Source: an uncultured Chloroflexota bacterium (GTDB taxonomy: Bacteria; Chloroflexota; UBA6077; SHYK01). From it: a stretch of 64,000 bases of DNA. The position numbers and the translations under genes are program-made. The DNA lies in the NCBI GenBank assembly GCA_964417895.1, contig CAYQJS010000004.1:51724-115723 (forward strand), read 5' to 3'. Below, one piece after another: positions 50,683-61,940 of the stretch (the first letter of the stretch is position 1; each line of letters begins with the position of its first letter). The notes under the pieces were generated by a model that saw only the letters and a program-made list of their open reading frames with translations, was not told where the DNA came from and made no database searches.

Positions 50683-50823
50683 CTTGCCTCCAGTCGGCGC
50701 CAGGTTGGCGACCGTACCTAATGATAGCGCCTGCGGCGGGAAAATTGCCCTACGCCGCGCTGCCAGGAGTTGAGGGGATTCGCCCCCTCCTCTCGCGGGC
50801 CCTTGGGGAACGCGGAATGTGAT

Positions 50824-51972
50824 CTATATCCCGTAGAGGCGGCGCGGGTTGTCTTTGAGGATCTTGTCCAGCACGCTGGGAGGCACATCCTCTCGGGCGC
50901 GGAGCGTCCCAACCAGCGCGAGGTCGGCGGACGGGTCGCCGCCGCGGAGCCGGTTGGTGAAGGAGATCGGCTCCAGCGTCGGCAGCTGGTCGAAGTGGTG
51001 GCCGTAGTCGGAGCCAGCGACCAGGTTGTCCTCTCCTACGTACGCCGCGAGATAGGGGATGTCCTCGTCGGACTCGCACGACACGTAGATGCGGTCGTCC
51101 CGAAACAGGTTGGGACCCAGGTGCGGTACATCCAGCTGGCGCTTCCCCCGCCAGTCGCGCTCCACGTAGTGGAGCACGTAGGGCACCCAGGATGCGCCCG
51201 TCTCGATGAACCCGATGCGCAGGTCCGGGAACCGCTCGGGGATGCGATTGGTCACCAGGTGCTGGAAGGCGATGAGCGGCAGGAGGCGCACGCCGGGGAA
51301 GGAGCCCCCGATGCGGTTGTCGAGCACGTCGGTGAGGGCCGGGCAGCCCGGCCCGGTGTGCACGCACATGGGCATGTTGAGTCGGCTGGCCTCCGTATAC
51401 AGCGGGAAGAAGTACTCCTCGGCCAGCGACCGCTCGCCTTCGATGCCCCGCGCCATGAAGCCCACCGCTCCCCGATCGCGCGCCCAGCCCAGCTCCGTGA
51501 TGCACGCGCCCAGGTCATGGAACGGCATCACGGCGACCCAGCGCACCCGGCCCTTGCCTCTGGCCCACACGTCCGCCATGAACCGGTTGTATGCGCGCGC
51601 GAGCGCGACGTCCAGGGCGGGATCGAACGTCAGGTGGGCGATGAACAGGGTGGGGAAGACGACCTGCACCTCGACGCCCATCTCGTCGGCGTCCTCGAGG
51701 CGCGCTTCGACGTCGAGCAGCGCTTTCGCTCGCCAGCTCCGGCTGCAGGCCTCAGCGGGGTCCGCCGGCGGAGTGAGCAGGGCCTGTCCGCCTTTGCCGT
51801 CAGGCTTGGGCACCAGGGCGCCGTCGATCACCCAGCGGCTGCGCGATCGCCCCGTCTCAGGGTCCTCGTGTATCACCGCCATGGGCCTGCGGTGGTACAT
51901 CTCCCGGTCGAAGTGCCGCCAGATGTCCTCCGATTCGAGGATGTGGGTATCCGCGTCGATGATGCCGTCCAT
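50824..51972 (-). CDS. amidohydrolase family protein (amidohydrolase_2)
   Basis: MDGIIDADTHILESEDIW (DxH metal site), paralogous to 10402-11511; ATG 51972 after ggagg. Confidence 0.85.
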   Translation of the reverse strand: MDGIIDADTHILESEDIWRHFDREMYHRRPMAVIHEDPETGRSRSRWVIDGALVPKPDGKGGQALLTPPADPAEACSRSWRAKALLDVEARLEDADEMGVEVQVVFPTLFIAHLTFDPALDVALARAYNRFMADVWARGKGRVRWVAVMPFHDLGACITELGWARDRGAVGFMARGIEGERSLAEEYFFPLYTEASRLNMPMCVHTGPGCPALTDVLDNRIGGSFPGVRLLPLIAFQHLVTNRIPERFPDLRIGFIETGASWVPYVLHYVERDWRGKRQLDVPHLGPNLFRDDRIYVSCESDEDIPYLAAYVGEDNLVAGSDYGHHFDQLPTLEPISFTNRLRGGDPSADLALVGTLRAREDVPPSVLDKILKDNPRRLYGI

Positions 51973-51999
51973 TCGGTTCGGTCCTCCATCCTCACAGGA

Positions 52000-52252
52000 T
52001 GTCATCCTAACTAAGCCACAGGCGAAGAGCCTGCCCTGAGCGCCGAAGGTATCTCCCGCAGTCGCGTCTCCCGCGAGATTCTTCGCCCTGCGGTCTCAGA
52101 ATTGTTCATGCCGCCGAGCGGCACCACGAACGATGAAAACGCGCCGGGAGGGAGCGCCCTCACCCCTAACCCCTTCGACAGGCTCAGGGCAGGCTCTCTC
52201 CCAGAGGGCGAGGGGATTTTCAGAACAATGACAGGTGTCCGTCTCAGGATGA
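52000..52252. repeat. composite of family 1, 2 and 3 hairpin repeats
   Basis: gtcatcctaactaagccacaggcgaag..., gccctcacccctaaccccttcgacaggctcagggcaggctctctcccagagggcgagggg, ...gtccgtctcaggatgacc. Confidence 0.75.
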
Positions 52253-52269
52253 CCGCGGACGCATACCCT

Positions 52270-53235
52270 CTACCCCAGCGCGCCGCGCTCCCTATAGTAG
52301 CGCTGCGCGCCCGGGTGCAGCGGCACGTCCAGATCGGTCGCGTCGCTATCCTGGCACAGGTCGGCAAGCTCGACCGGCCCCTCGGCGTCCCAGGCGATCT
52401 GCGGGCGGGCCACGTCGAGGGCCCGCGCCATAACGTAGGCAGCATCATCCGAGAGGTCCGCGCGCGTGAAGATGGGCCAGCCGCTGAAGCTGGGCAGCGC
52501 GAGTTCTCGGGACACCCCCGGAAAGCGGTCAGCCTGGAGCGGGCCGCAGCGCCATCCCAGGTGCTCCATGCGTTGCAGCGCCGGCTGCCCGAGGGGCAGG
52601 AAGCGCATCCCGCTCTGCAGCGCCAGTGGGCCCCAGCCCTTGATCCCCTCGTCGAACACGGCCTCGATGGATCCGTCGCGCATTCCCTCTAACCGTGACG
52701 CCTCGCTGGGCGTCGTCACGAGCTGCAGGGTTCCGCCCCAGCTTTCGACGTCGCGCAGCGAGAGACCGGCCGCCGCGAATACTTGATCGATGACGAAGCG
52801 CGTCGCGTGCGCCTCGCTGGCCCGCAGTGACACGCGCAGCGGGTACCGTCGATCCCGCAGATCCCCCAGCGACGTGAGCCCCGTCCGCTCGGACACGGCA
52901 AAGGCCATCCGGTCCCAGGACGGCATCACGGCGATGGCACGCAGCGGGAGCGGTTGAGGAAACGGACCCGTCCCGCGATGAGCCATCGTGAGAAATGCCG
53001 ACGGGTTGATCGCGGCCACGTCGATCTCGCCGCGAGCGACCGCGAAGGCGAGATCCGGCGTGCCCGTCGCGAACGAGAGCCGCCGCTGGAACGCCCCATC
53101 CTCGACGGCTCCGACGGAAATGCAGATGTCTCTGTAGGGTCGCGAGGGATTGGACCGGTCCTGGGACATGCCGAGCGCCATCTGGATCACAGCGTTGGCT
53201 CGCGCCACGCTCGCTCCGCCCGATTGTCGCTCCAT
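52270..53235 (-). CDS. TAXI-family (TRAP-associated, NMT1-like) solute-binding-like protein without obvious signal peptide
   Basis: C-terminal DVPLHPGAQRYYRERG resembles the TAXI hallmark; periplasmic-binding-fold-like composition. Confidence 0.55.
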   Translation of the reverse strand: MERQSGGASVARANAVIQMALGMSQDRSNPSRPYRDICISVGAVEDGAFQRRLSFATGTPDLAFAVARGEIDVAAINPSAFLTMAHRGTGPFPQPLPLRAIAVMPSWDRMAFAVSERTGLTSLGDLRDRRYPLRVSLRASEAHATRFVIDQVFAAAGLSLRDVESWGGTLQLVTTPSEASRLEGMRDGSIEAVFDEGIKGWGPLALQSGMRFLPLGQPALQRMEHLGWRCGPLQADRFPGVSRELALPSFSGWPIFTRADLSDDAAYVMARALDVARPQIAWDAEGPVELADLCQDSDATDLDVPLHPGAQRYYRERGALG

Positions 53236-53238
53236 GGC

Positions 53239-54669
<1,431 letters not shown>

Positions 54670-54811
54670 GATCGGTCTCAGGTCCCGTGTCCAAAGTCCC
54701 AGGTGCGGGCTAGACTTCGTACGTTGGACCCGGGGGCCTGGGGCTGCGGCTATTCTACAATCTCACCCACCGGGGACGGGCTCACCAGGACGGGACACCG
54801 AGGGCGTAGCA

Positions 54812-55420
<609 letters not shown>

Positions 55421-55423
55421 CTG

Positions 55424-55547
55424 CCAGCTATCAGCCGTCAGCCTTCAGTGGCCCGGCGCCCTCGTCGCCTGGCCGTTCCTGGCTGACGTGATGGCTGACC
55501 GCTGGAGGCTTCGTCTGATGGCTGAGGGCTGGTAGCTGATGGCTCGC
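55424..55547. repeat. inverted heptamer-type arrays (TCAGCCG / GGCTGA family) that include the pfkA start codon
   Basis: ccagcta tcagccg tcagcct tcagtgg (55424-55451) versus ggctgac..ggctgacc..tgatggctgagggctggtagctgATGgctcgc (55481-55547). Confidence 0.8.
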
Positions 55548-56612
55548 ATCGGTGTCCTCACCGGTGGCGGGGATGCGCCGGGTCTGAATGCCGTGGTCCG
55601 CGCGATCGTCAAGGCCAGCCATACCCTCCACGGCTGGGACGTCCTCGGCATCGAGGAGGGGTTCGTCGGCCTCATCGACACCGGGCGCACGCGCCTACTC
55701 ACTCCTGAGGATGTACGCGGCATCCTGCCGCGGGGCGGCACCATCCTCGGCGCGAGCAATCGCGGCAACCCCTTCCTCTACCAGGCGGCGCCCGAATTGC
55801 CTCCGGTCGATATGTCTGAGCGGGTCGTCGAGAACGTCAAACGGCTGGGCATCGACGCACTCATCGTAATCGGAGGCGACGGGACGCTGTCCATCGCTCA
55901 GGAGCTCACGAGCATGGGAGTTCGCCTGGTTGGCATCCCCAAGACCATCGACAACGACCTCTCAGGGACCGACGTGACGTTCGGCTTCGATACCGCCGTT
56001 GTGACGGCCACGGAGGCCATCGACAAGCTCCACACCACCGCGGAGAGCCACCACCGTGTCATGGTGCTCGAGGTGATGGGCCGGAACGCCGGCTGGATCG
56101 CCATCGAGTCCGGCATCGCAGGGGGAGCCGACATCATCTGTATCCCGGAAATCCCCTTCCGCACCGAGCGAGCGCTGGATGCCATCAGGCTGCGAGACGC
56201 GGCGGGGAGCAAGTTCAGCATCGTGGTTGTCGCCGAGGGAGCGGTGTCCTCGGGCGGCGAGCAGATGCGAGTCGAAGGGACCTCCGGCTTTGGTGCCCGC
56301 TACGCGGGTATAGGAAACTGGCTGGGGGACCGCCTGGCTGAGGGAACGAACCACGAGGTAAGAGTGACCGTGCTGGGGCACGTGCAGCGCGGTGGCAGCC
56401 CCAGCGCCTTCGACCGCATCCTGGCCACTCGCTTCGGGACGGCGGCCGTCGACTTGATCTCCGGCGGCGGGTTTGGCCGAATGGTGGCCTACCACGGGCC
56501 CGACGTCGTGAGCATCCCCCTCTCCGACGCCATCCGGGCTCCGAAGATGGTCCCGGCCGATGGCGAGCACGTGCGGACAGCCCGGGCCCTGGGGATCTGC
56601 CTCTGCGATTAG
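55539..56612 (+). CDS. pfkA: ATP-dependent 6-phosphofructokinase
   Basis: MARIGVLTGGGDAPGLNAV, VIGGDGTLS, GIPKTIDNDL, MGRNAGW. Confidence 0.9.
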   Translation: MARIGVLTGGGDAPGLNAVVRAIVKASHTLHGWDVLGIEEGFVGLIDTGRTRLLTPEDVRGILPRGGTILGASNRGNPFLYQAAPELPPVDMSERVVENVKRLGIDALIVIGGDGTLSIAQELTSMGVRLVGIPKTIDNDLSGTDVTFGFDTAVVTATEAIDKLHTTAESHHRVMVLEVMGRNAGWIAIESGIAGGADIICIPEIPFRTERALDAIRLRDAAGSKFSIVVVAEGAVSSGGEQMRVEGTSGFGARYAGIGNWLGDRLAEGTNHEVRVTVLGHVQRGGSPSAFDRILATRFGTAAVDLISGGGFGRMVAYHGPDVVSIPLSDAIRAPKMVPADGEHVRTARALGICLCD

Positions 56613-56727
56613 CGGTGGAAAACCGCCCCTATCGTTCAATCGTTGTATAGTGGCGCCCTACGCTCTGCGCGGGCTCGTACTACTTCTTTAGTGGCGATTC
56701 CGAAGCGCAGTTGTTGGGGAGGCAGCC

Positions 56728-57693
56728 ATGCTGACGCGGCCGATTGCGATCGTAGCGGTGGTATTGATCCTTGCCGTGGGGACCCGGGCGATAGCGCAGG
56801 ATGGGACGGAGTCAACCGTCGAAGGCCAGCTCCAGGTGGTCGTGCTGGAGCCAACGGAGGTCTACTCCACGACGGATGAGCTCCTTTGGATGGCAGAGCC
56901 TGGCGAGGCGTACACCGTCGTCAGCGTGGAAGGCGATATGGCCCTGGTCGTCGGGGACGCCGAGACCGGCGAGCTGGTATGGGTCGGGCTCGATTCGAGG
57001 GTCGAGCTGGTGCCCCAGATGGCGGAAGAGGGTGTTCCGGAAATGACCGCAACGCCCCCGCCCACGCCGACGTCTTTGCCGGCAACGGCCACGCTGACGC
57101 CGACACCTACGGCAGTTGCAACAGCCACGCCGGCGCCCGGAGCGCCGGGCGGACCTACGCAGACGCCAGGGGGACCTACGCAGACGCCAGGGGCGCCTGC
57201 GACGTCAGTCCCAGGCGCGAGGAACCCTGCATCCTGGTCGCTAACCGTCGCCGACCTGCCCGGCTTCACTCAGACGCCGTTGGAGCAGCAGCCCCCAGCG
57301 TATGGTGCGGTCTTCGTGAATTCCGCGATTAGCGCATCCGTGCCCATTGTCGTCTTCAACTTGCTGTTTCCCTCGGCTCCGCCGGCACCACCCATGTCGC
57401 AAGCTTTCCTCGAGCCGTTGACCGACGCGCTCGGCCAGGCATTAGTCGAGTCATTTGGCAGTGGGACCGCTATGCGGGTCAGCGGTCCGCCAGTCGGCGA
57501 CGTAAGGAACTGGCTGCGTGCGACGACGACGCAGACCAGTGGTGCCGTTACTCTGCGTACAGAGGTGAACATGGTCGGCTTTGCGGTGCGCAGCGACTTC
57601 GCTCTCGTCGGCACGGTCCACTTGGAGGGCAGCGGCAGCCAGGGAGAAGCCGCGCGCCTCGCCAATATTGTGGCGGAGCGGATGCGTCGCTAG
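56728..57693 (+). CDS. secreted hypothetical protein with Pro/Thr-rich linker
   Basis: Signal peptide MLTRPIAIVAVVLILAVGTRAIAQ; TPPPTPTSLPATATLTPTPT...GGPTQTPGGPTQTP (21-bp tandem duplication). Confidence 0.65.
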   Translation: MLTRPIAIVAVVLILAVGTRAIAQDGTESTVEGQLQVVVLEPTEVYSTTDELLWMAEPGEAYTVVSVEGDMALVVGDAETGELVWVGLDSRVELVPQMAEEGVPEMTATPPPTPTSLPATATLTPTPTAVATATPAPGAPGGPTQTPGGPTQTPGAPATSVPGARNPASWSLTVADLPGFTQTPLEQQPPAYGAVFVNSAISASVPIVVFNLLFPSAPPAPPMSQAFLEPLTDALGQALVESFGSGTAMRVSGPPVGDVRNWLRATTTQTSGAVTLRTEVNMVGFAVRSDFALVGTVHLEGSGSQGEAARLANIVAERMRR

Positions 57694-57751
57694 GGCGGGG
57701 ATCAAGAAGGATCCGGCCCTGGCTCTCCCAGTTCCAGCGAGAGAAAGCGGC

Positions 57752-58930
57752 TTATCTCCTGCGGCGCATGAAGGACGGGAGGTCAATGTCGTCGGGGGGC
57801 TCGAAGCGGGGGCCGTCGGGTGTGGGGGAGGGCTGGGCAATACCGGGAGTGGCCGATGAGCTGAAAGGTTGTCGAGTGCGGATGCCACGGAGACCAGGCT
57901 GAAGACCCGTTGCGATGAGAGTGATCTTCACCTCCGGCTTCGCGTTGGGCACGATGACGGCCCCGAAGATGATGTTCGCGTCGGGGTCGACCAGGTCCTG
58001 AATCGTCTGCGCCGCCTCGTTGATCTCCAGTAGGGTGAGGTCGTTACCACCAGTGATATTGATGAGGATGCCTCTGGCGCCCTCCACCGATGCGTCCAGC
58101 AGCGGGCTGCTGATAGCCGCCTGGGCGGCCTGGAGCGCTCGGCCTTCCCCGTTTCCTTCGCCGATCGCCATCATAGCGGTGCCTGCGCCCAGCATGATGG
58201 ATTTCACGTCGGCAAAGTCCAGGTTGATGAGGCCTGTCATCGTGACCAGATCGGAGATGCCCTGCACGCCCTGGCGGAGCACGTCGTCGGCAAGCCTGAA
58301 GGCCTCGACCACCGGTAGATTGCGATCGCCGAGCGCCAGCAGGCGGTCGTTCGGGATAACGATGAGCGCATCGACTCGCTCCCGCAGCATCTCGACGCCC
58401 TTCTCGGCGACCCGCATCCGTCGTGAGCCCTCAAACGTGAAGGGAGTCGTCACGACGCCGACAGTGAGGGCGTGCTCGTCCCGCGCGATGTCGGCGACGA
58501 CGGGCGCCGCACCGGTGCCGGTGCCGCCGCCCATGCCAGCAGTGAGGAAGACCATGTCGGCGCCGCGCACGATGGCCCGGATCTCCTCTTCGCTGGACTC
58601 CGCCGCCTTCTCCCCCACAGAGGGATCACCGCCCGCTCCGAGTCCCTTCGTCAGTCTCTGGCCGATCACGAGCTTGTGGCGGGCGGCCGAGATGCCCAGG
58701 GCCTGAGCATCGGTATTGAGGGCTACGAATTCGACGGCCTTGACGCCAGCGTCGATCATTCGGTTGACTGCGTTGTTACCGCCGCCCCCAACGCCGAGGA
58801 TCTTCACCTCGGTGAATCCTCGCGCGCCGCTGCCCACGCGATCGTCGAGAATGCGCTCCACAACGGGCTCGGAGCGGCGGGAGGGCTGCTGCAGCCGTTC
58901 GGGATCGAAGCCCGTCGAAAGCTTAGACAC
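57752..58930 (-). CDS. ftsZ: cell division protein FtsZ
   Basis: [28 protein letters not shown]; GTG start at 58930. Confidence 0.95.
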   Translation of the reverse strand: MSKLSTGFDPERLQQPSRRSEPVVERILDDRVGSGARGFTEVKILGVGGGGNNAVNRMIDAGVKAVEFVALNTDAQALGISAARHKLVIGQRLTKGLGAGGDPSVGEKAAESSEEEIRAIVRGADMVFLTAGMGGGTGTGAAPVVADIARDEHALTVGVVTTPFTFEGSRRMRVAEKGVEMLRERVDALIVIPNDRLLALGDRNLPVVEAFRLADDVLRQGVQGISDLVTMTGLINLDFADVKSIMLGAGTAMMAIGEGNGEGRALQAAQAAISSPLLDASVEGARGILINITGGNDLTLLEINEAAQTIQDLVDPDANIIFGAVIVPNAKPEVKITLIATGLQPGLRGIRTRQPFSSSATPGIAQPSPTPDGPRFEPPDDIDLPSFMRRRR

Positions 58931-59681
58931 GGTCCATCACCTCTCGCGCGAGTTGGAGGTACGCTTCGGCGGCCTTTTCGGCCCCGGCGTAGCGGAACAC
59001 CGAGGCGCCGGCTGATCCAGCCTCCAGGATCTTGCTGTTGGTGCCGATCTCAGTCTGAAACACGAGGTCGCCCCATCGCTCTCGGAGGTACTGCGAGACA
59101 GAGCGCTCCTCCCTTAGGCGCCGATCGAGCTTGCTCAGGAGGATGCCCAATACCTTCAATGAAGGGTTCAGATAGAGGATCTCCGCGATGCTGTCCTGGA
59201 GCATCTGCAGCCCCTGGATCGAGAAGAATCGTGCCTCCGTGGGAATGATGACGCGACTCGCGGCCACCAGAGCGTTGATGGTGAGCAGTCCCAGCGATGG
59301 CGGCGTGTCGATCAGCACGAAGTCGAACTCGTTGGCGACGGGAAGGAGCTGGTCGCGCAGGCGCAGCTCGCGTCCGAGCTTCGTCATCAGCGCTGCCTCT
59401 GTCGTCGCCAGGGGGATAGAGGACGGCACGAGACGGATGAACGCCGATGGGCCGTCGACTGAAAGAATAGGCATGGGGCAGGCACGGTCGAGCAGCGCGT
59501 CGGCAATGGTTCCCTCCGTCCGCCGGTCGAGCCCCGCGGCGGCGGTCAGGTTCCCCTGAGGGTCGATGTCGACCAGGAGTACCCGCTGGCCGAGCTCCGC
59601 CAGAGACGCGCCAAGGTTCGCCGTCGTCGTCGTCTTGCCGACCCCACCCTTCTGGTTAGCGACAGCGATGATGGTGGCCAT
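58923..59681 (-). CDS. ParA/Soj-family ATPase (deviant Walker A)
   Basis: [44 protein letters not shown]; its stop overlaps the ftsZ start by 8 nt. Confidence 0.9.
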   Translation of the reverse strand: MATIIAVANQKGGVGKTTTTANLGASLAELGQRVLLVDIDPQGNLTAAAGLDRRTEGTIADALLDRACPMPILSVDGPSAFIRLVPSSIPLATTEAALMTKLGRELRLRDQLLPVANEFDFVLIDTPPSLGLLTINALVAASRVIIPTEARFFSIQGLQMLQDSIAEILYLNPSLKVLGILLSKLDRRLREERSVSQYLRERWGDLVFQTEIGTNSKILEAGSAGASVFRYAGAEKAAEAYLQLAREVMDRV

Positions 59682-59876
59682 AGGCAATTGTGCCCCTTCG
59701 GGCGTCGCGCCTCCCAACGAGAACGAGGTGGCCGATGGTAGCACAGGGGTGAGGGCGGCGCAACGAAAGCACCAGCCACCGCCCGGTCATGCTGAGGACA
59801 GGGTAGTCAATGCAACATTCAGCGCGCACCATTGATCGAGCCCGCTCCAGCTCAGGACGACGCGGGCACCCCTGGC

Positions 59877-61049
59877 TCAGGACGAAGCGGGGCGGCCACT
59901 CCAGGCGACCATCAAGACGCTCTGTATATGGCGAACGAGCTTAAGCATCTCTCGTACGAACAGCACGGGGTCGTCGATGCCCTCCGGTACGACGTGCGCG
60001 AACAGCCGAAACTCAGTGTAGCTTCCGTGGGCCTCCCGGGGTAAGACGGACGCCAGCTGGCGTGCGCCCGCTACGGGCAGGTACCCGTCGTTCTGATCGT
60101 GCATCAGGAAGGTCGTGGCGCGCAGGCGGTGGATTACTGCCATGGGGGATAAGGTTCGCAGCGAGCGCGTGACGTCGGCCGGCAGCGCGCTGATCGCCTC
60201 ATCGATCTGCGCTGGATCCCTAGTGGTCAGCAGCTCGCGCACCTGGCGGCCATCGGGAGTCAGGGCTTCCGCCTCGCCGGCGGTGAGGGGAGTCGCTTCG
60301 AGCAGCTCGCGCTCCAGTAGCGCGCGGTCCTGAGGCTCGGGCAAGGAAGAGATGGCGTGCTTCAGGAATACGGTTCGTGTCAGGTCAGCTGGAACCCAAC
60401 TCACGGGCCCCGCAGGAGTCGGCATGCTCTGGGTGAGGATGGCCCGGAGGACGTCGAGCGTGTCGGCATAGACGCTGAAAGCATTGACGAACGCGACGCG
60501 GTCCGCGATGCGGGGGTCTGATGCCGCGAGCAGCTCCAGGATCGCGCCCACGCAGAAACCGGAGAAGCCGATTCTACGCGGGTCCACTCCTGGATCCCGT
60601 TCCAGATAGGTGAAGAGGGCGACGAGATTGTCGATCTCCTCAGTCCTGATCTCGCCCGCCACCAGGGCGTCCGATTCCGCGACGACAGTGACGATCCCGG
60701 CTCTCGAGATGCCCTCGGCCAGCGTGACCACCTGCTGGTTGCCGCGGGGCAAAGGATTCACGCCCAACAACAGGACCATCGCGGGGTGTGGCCCGGGTCC
60801 GCCGGGCCGGTAGATGTCCGCCACCATGCGGCCGGGGGCGCCGGGCACCTCAATGTGGGTAAGCTGGGGCTGCGGGGTTATCAGACGCAGGGGGCGCGCA
60901 ACATCGCCGGGGAAGAAGTGGGGTAGGAGGAGCACGGCGACCACAGCCGCGCGTCCTGCCGGGCTGACCACCAGGACGACCAGCAAGAGCGCGAGAAGCA
61001 CAAAGGCGAGACGCCCCGTCATCAGCCGGCTACTCCGCAGCGGTCCCAC
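59877..61049 (-). CDS. membrane-anchored alpha/beta hydrolase (dienelactone-hydrolase-like)
   Basis: N-terminal TM LAFVLLALLLVVLVV; nucleophile elbow GFSGFCVGA (Cys at the nucleophile position, as in DLH GxCxG). Confidence 0.6.
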   Translation of the reverse strand: MGPLRSSRLMTGRLAFVLLALLLVVLVVSPAGRAAVVAVLLLPHFFPGDVARPLRLITPQPQLTHIEVPGAPGRMVADIYRPGGPGPHPAMVLLLGVNPLPRGNQQVVTLAEGISRAGIVTVVAESDALVAGEIRTEEIDNLVALFTYLERDPGVDPRRIGFSGFCVGAILELLAASDPRIADRVAFVNAFSVYADTLDVLRAILTQSMPTPAGPVSWVPADLTRTVFLKHAISSLPEPQDRALLERELLEATPLTAGEAEALTPDGRQVRELLTTRDPAQIDEAISALPADVTRSLRTLSPMAVIHRLRATTFLMHDQNDGYLPVAGARQLASVLPREAHGSYTEFRLFAHVVPEGIDDPVLFVREMLKLVRHIQSVLMVAWSGRPASS

Positions 61050-61073
61050 GCCGCCGTGCCTGGGCCGTATCCT

Positions 61074-61913
61074 TCACTCGCGCCAGCTTTCCGGACGCTC
61101 CGCAGCGTCCTGAAGCCACACGGGCTCCCGCTCCAGGGTTTGGTCTGAATCCACCTGCGCGGTGGTCATAATGCGACAGACGATGGCCGTGATGTTGTCG
61201 TGGCCACCCGCTTCGTTGGCCGCATTCACGAGGCCATCAGCGGCGGCCTGAGCGGACCGAGACTCCACAATCTGCAGCATCCGCTCGCTGGGGACCATCC
61301 CCCAGAGCCCGTCAGAGCAGACCAGAATGGCGTCCCCAATGTGGAGCCGGCGCGGGGGGTAGACGTCGACCTCCAGCTCCAGGCTACCACCCAGCGATCG
61401 CGTCACGACGTTGCGCCATGGGTGGCGCCGCGCGTCCTCCGGGTTGATCCTTCCGGCGGCCAGTGCCTCCGCGATCCAGGAGTGGTCCCGCGAGAGCTGC
61501 ACGATGCCACCGTCGCGAATCAGGTAGACGCGACTGTCACCCACGTTCGCGACTACCAGGTTGCCGTTGTGCACAGCAGCGGCCGCCAGCGTTGTCCCCA
61601 TGCCGGCGCGCTCGTACGAGCGGCCCGCCTCGTCGATGACTGCCCGATTCGCCGTATGGAGCGCGCGACCAAGCGCCTCCTCAACACCCCCAGAAAGGTC
61701 CCCATAGTACGAGTCCAGAACCGCTGCTATGGCGGTCCGACTGGCTATCTCCCCCGCCGCGTGGCCTCCCATGCCGTCGGCGACCATGAGGAGCATCCCG
61801 CGGCTGTCGATCTCCCCCTCGACATCCGGAACGTGAATGCTGAGGCAGTCCTCATTGTGCTCGCGGCGCCGACCCACGTCGGTGCAATGGCCGATTTCCA
61901 GTGTGGGCTTCAT
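61074..61913 (-). CDS. PP2C-family Ser/Thr protein phosphatase (Stp1-like)
   Basis: GHCTDVGRRREHNEDC, LLMVADGMGGHAAGEIAS, CSDGLW, GGHDNITAIV. Confidence 0.9.
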   Translation of the reverse strand: MKPTLEIGHCTDVGRRREHNEDCLSIHVPDVEGEIDSRGMLLMVADGMGGHAAGEIASRTAIAAVLDSYYGDLSGGVEEALGRALHTANRAVIDEAGRSYERAGMGTTLAAAAVHNGNLVVANVGDSRVYLIRDGGIVQLSRDHSWIAEALAAGRINPEDARRHPWRNVVTRSLGGSLELEVDVYPPRRLHIGDAILVCSDGLWGMVPSERMLQIVESRSAQAAADGLVNAANEAGGHDNITAIVCRIMTTAQVDSDQTLEREPVWLQDAAERPESWRE

Positions 61914-61940
61914 GTCGTGCCCTCTTCACCCGAAGCTGGC

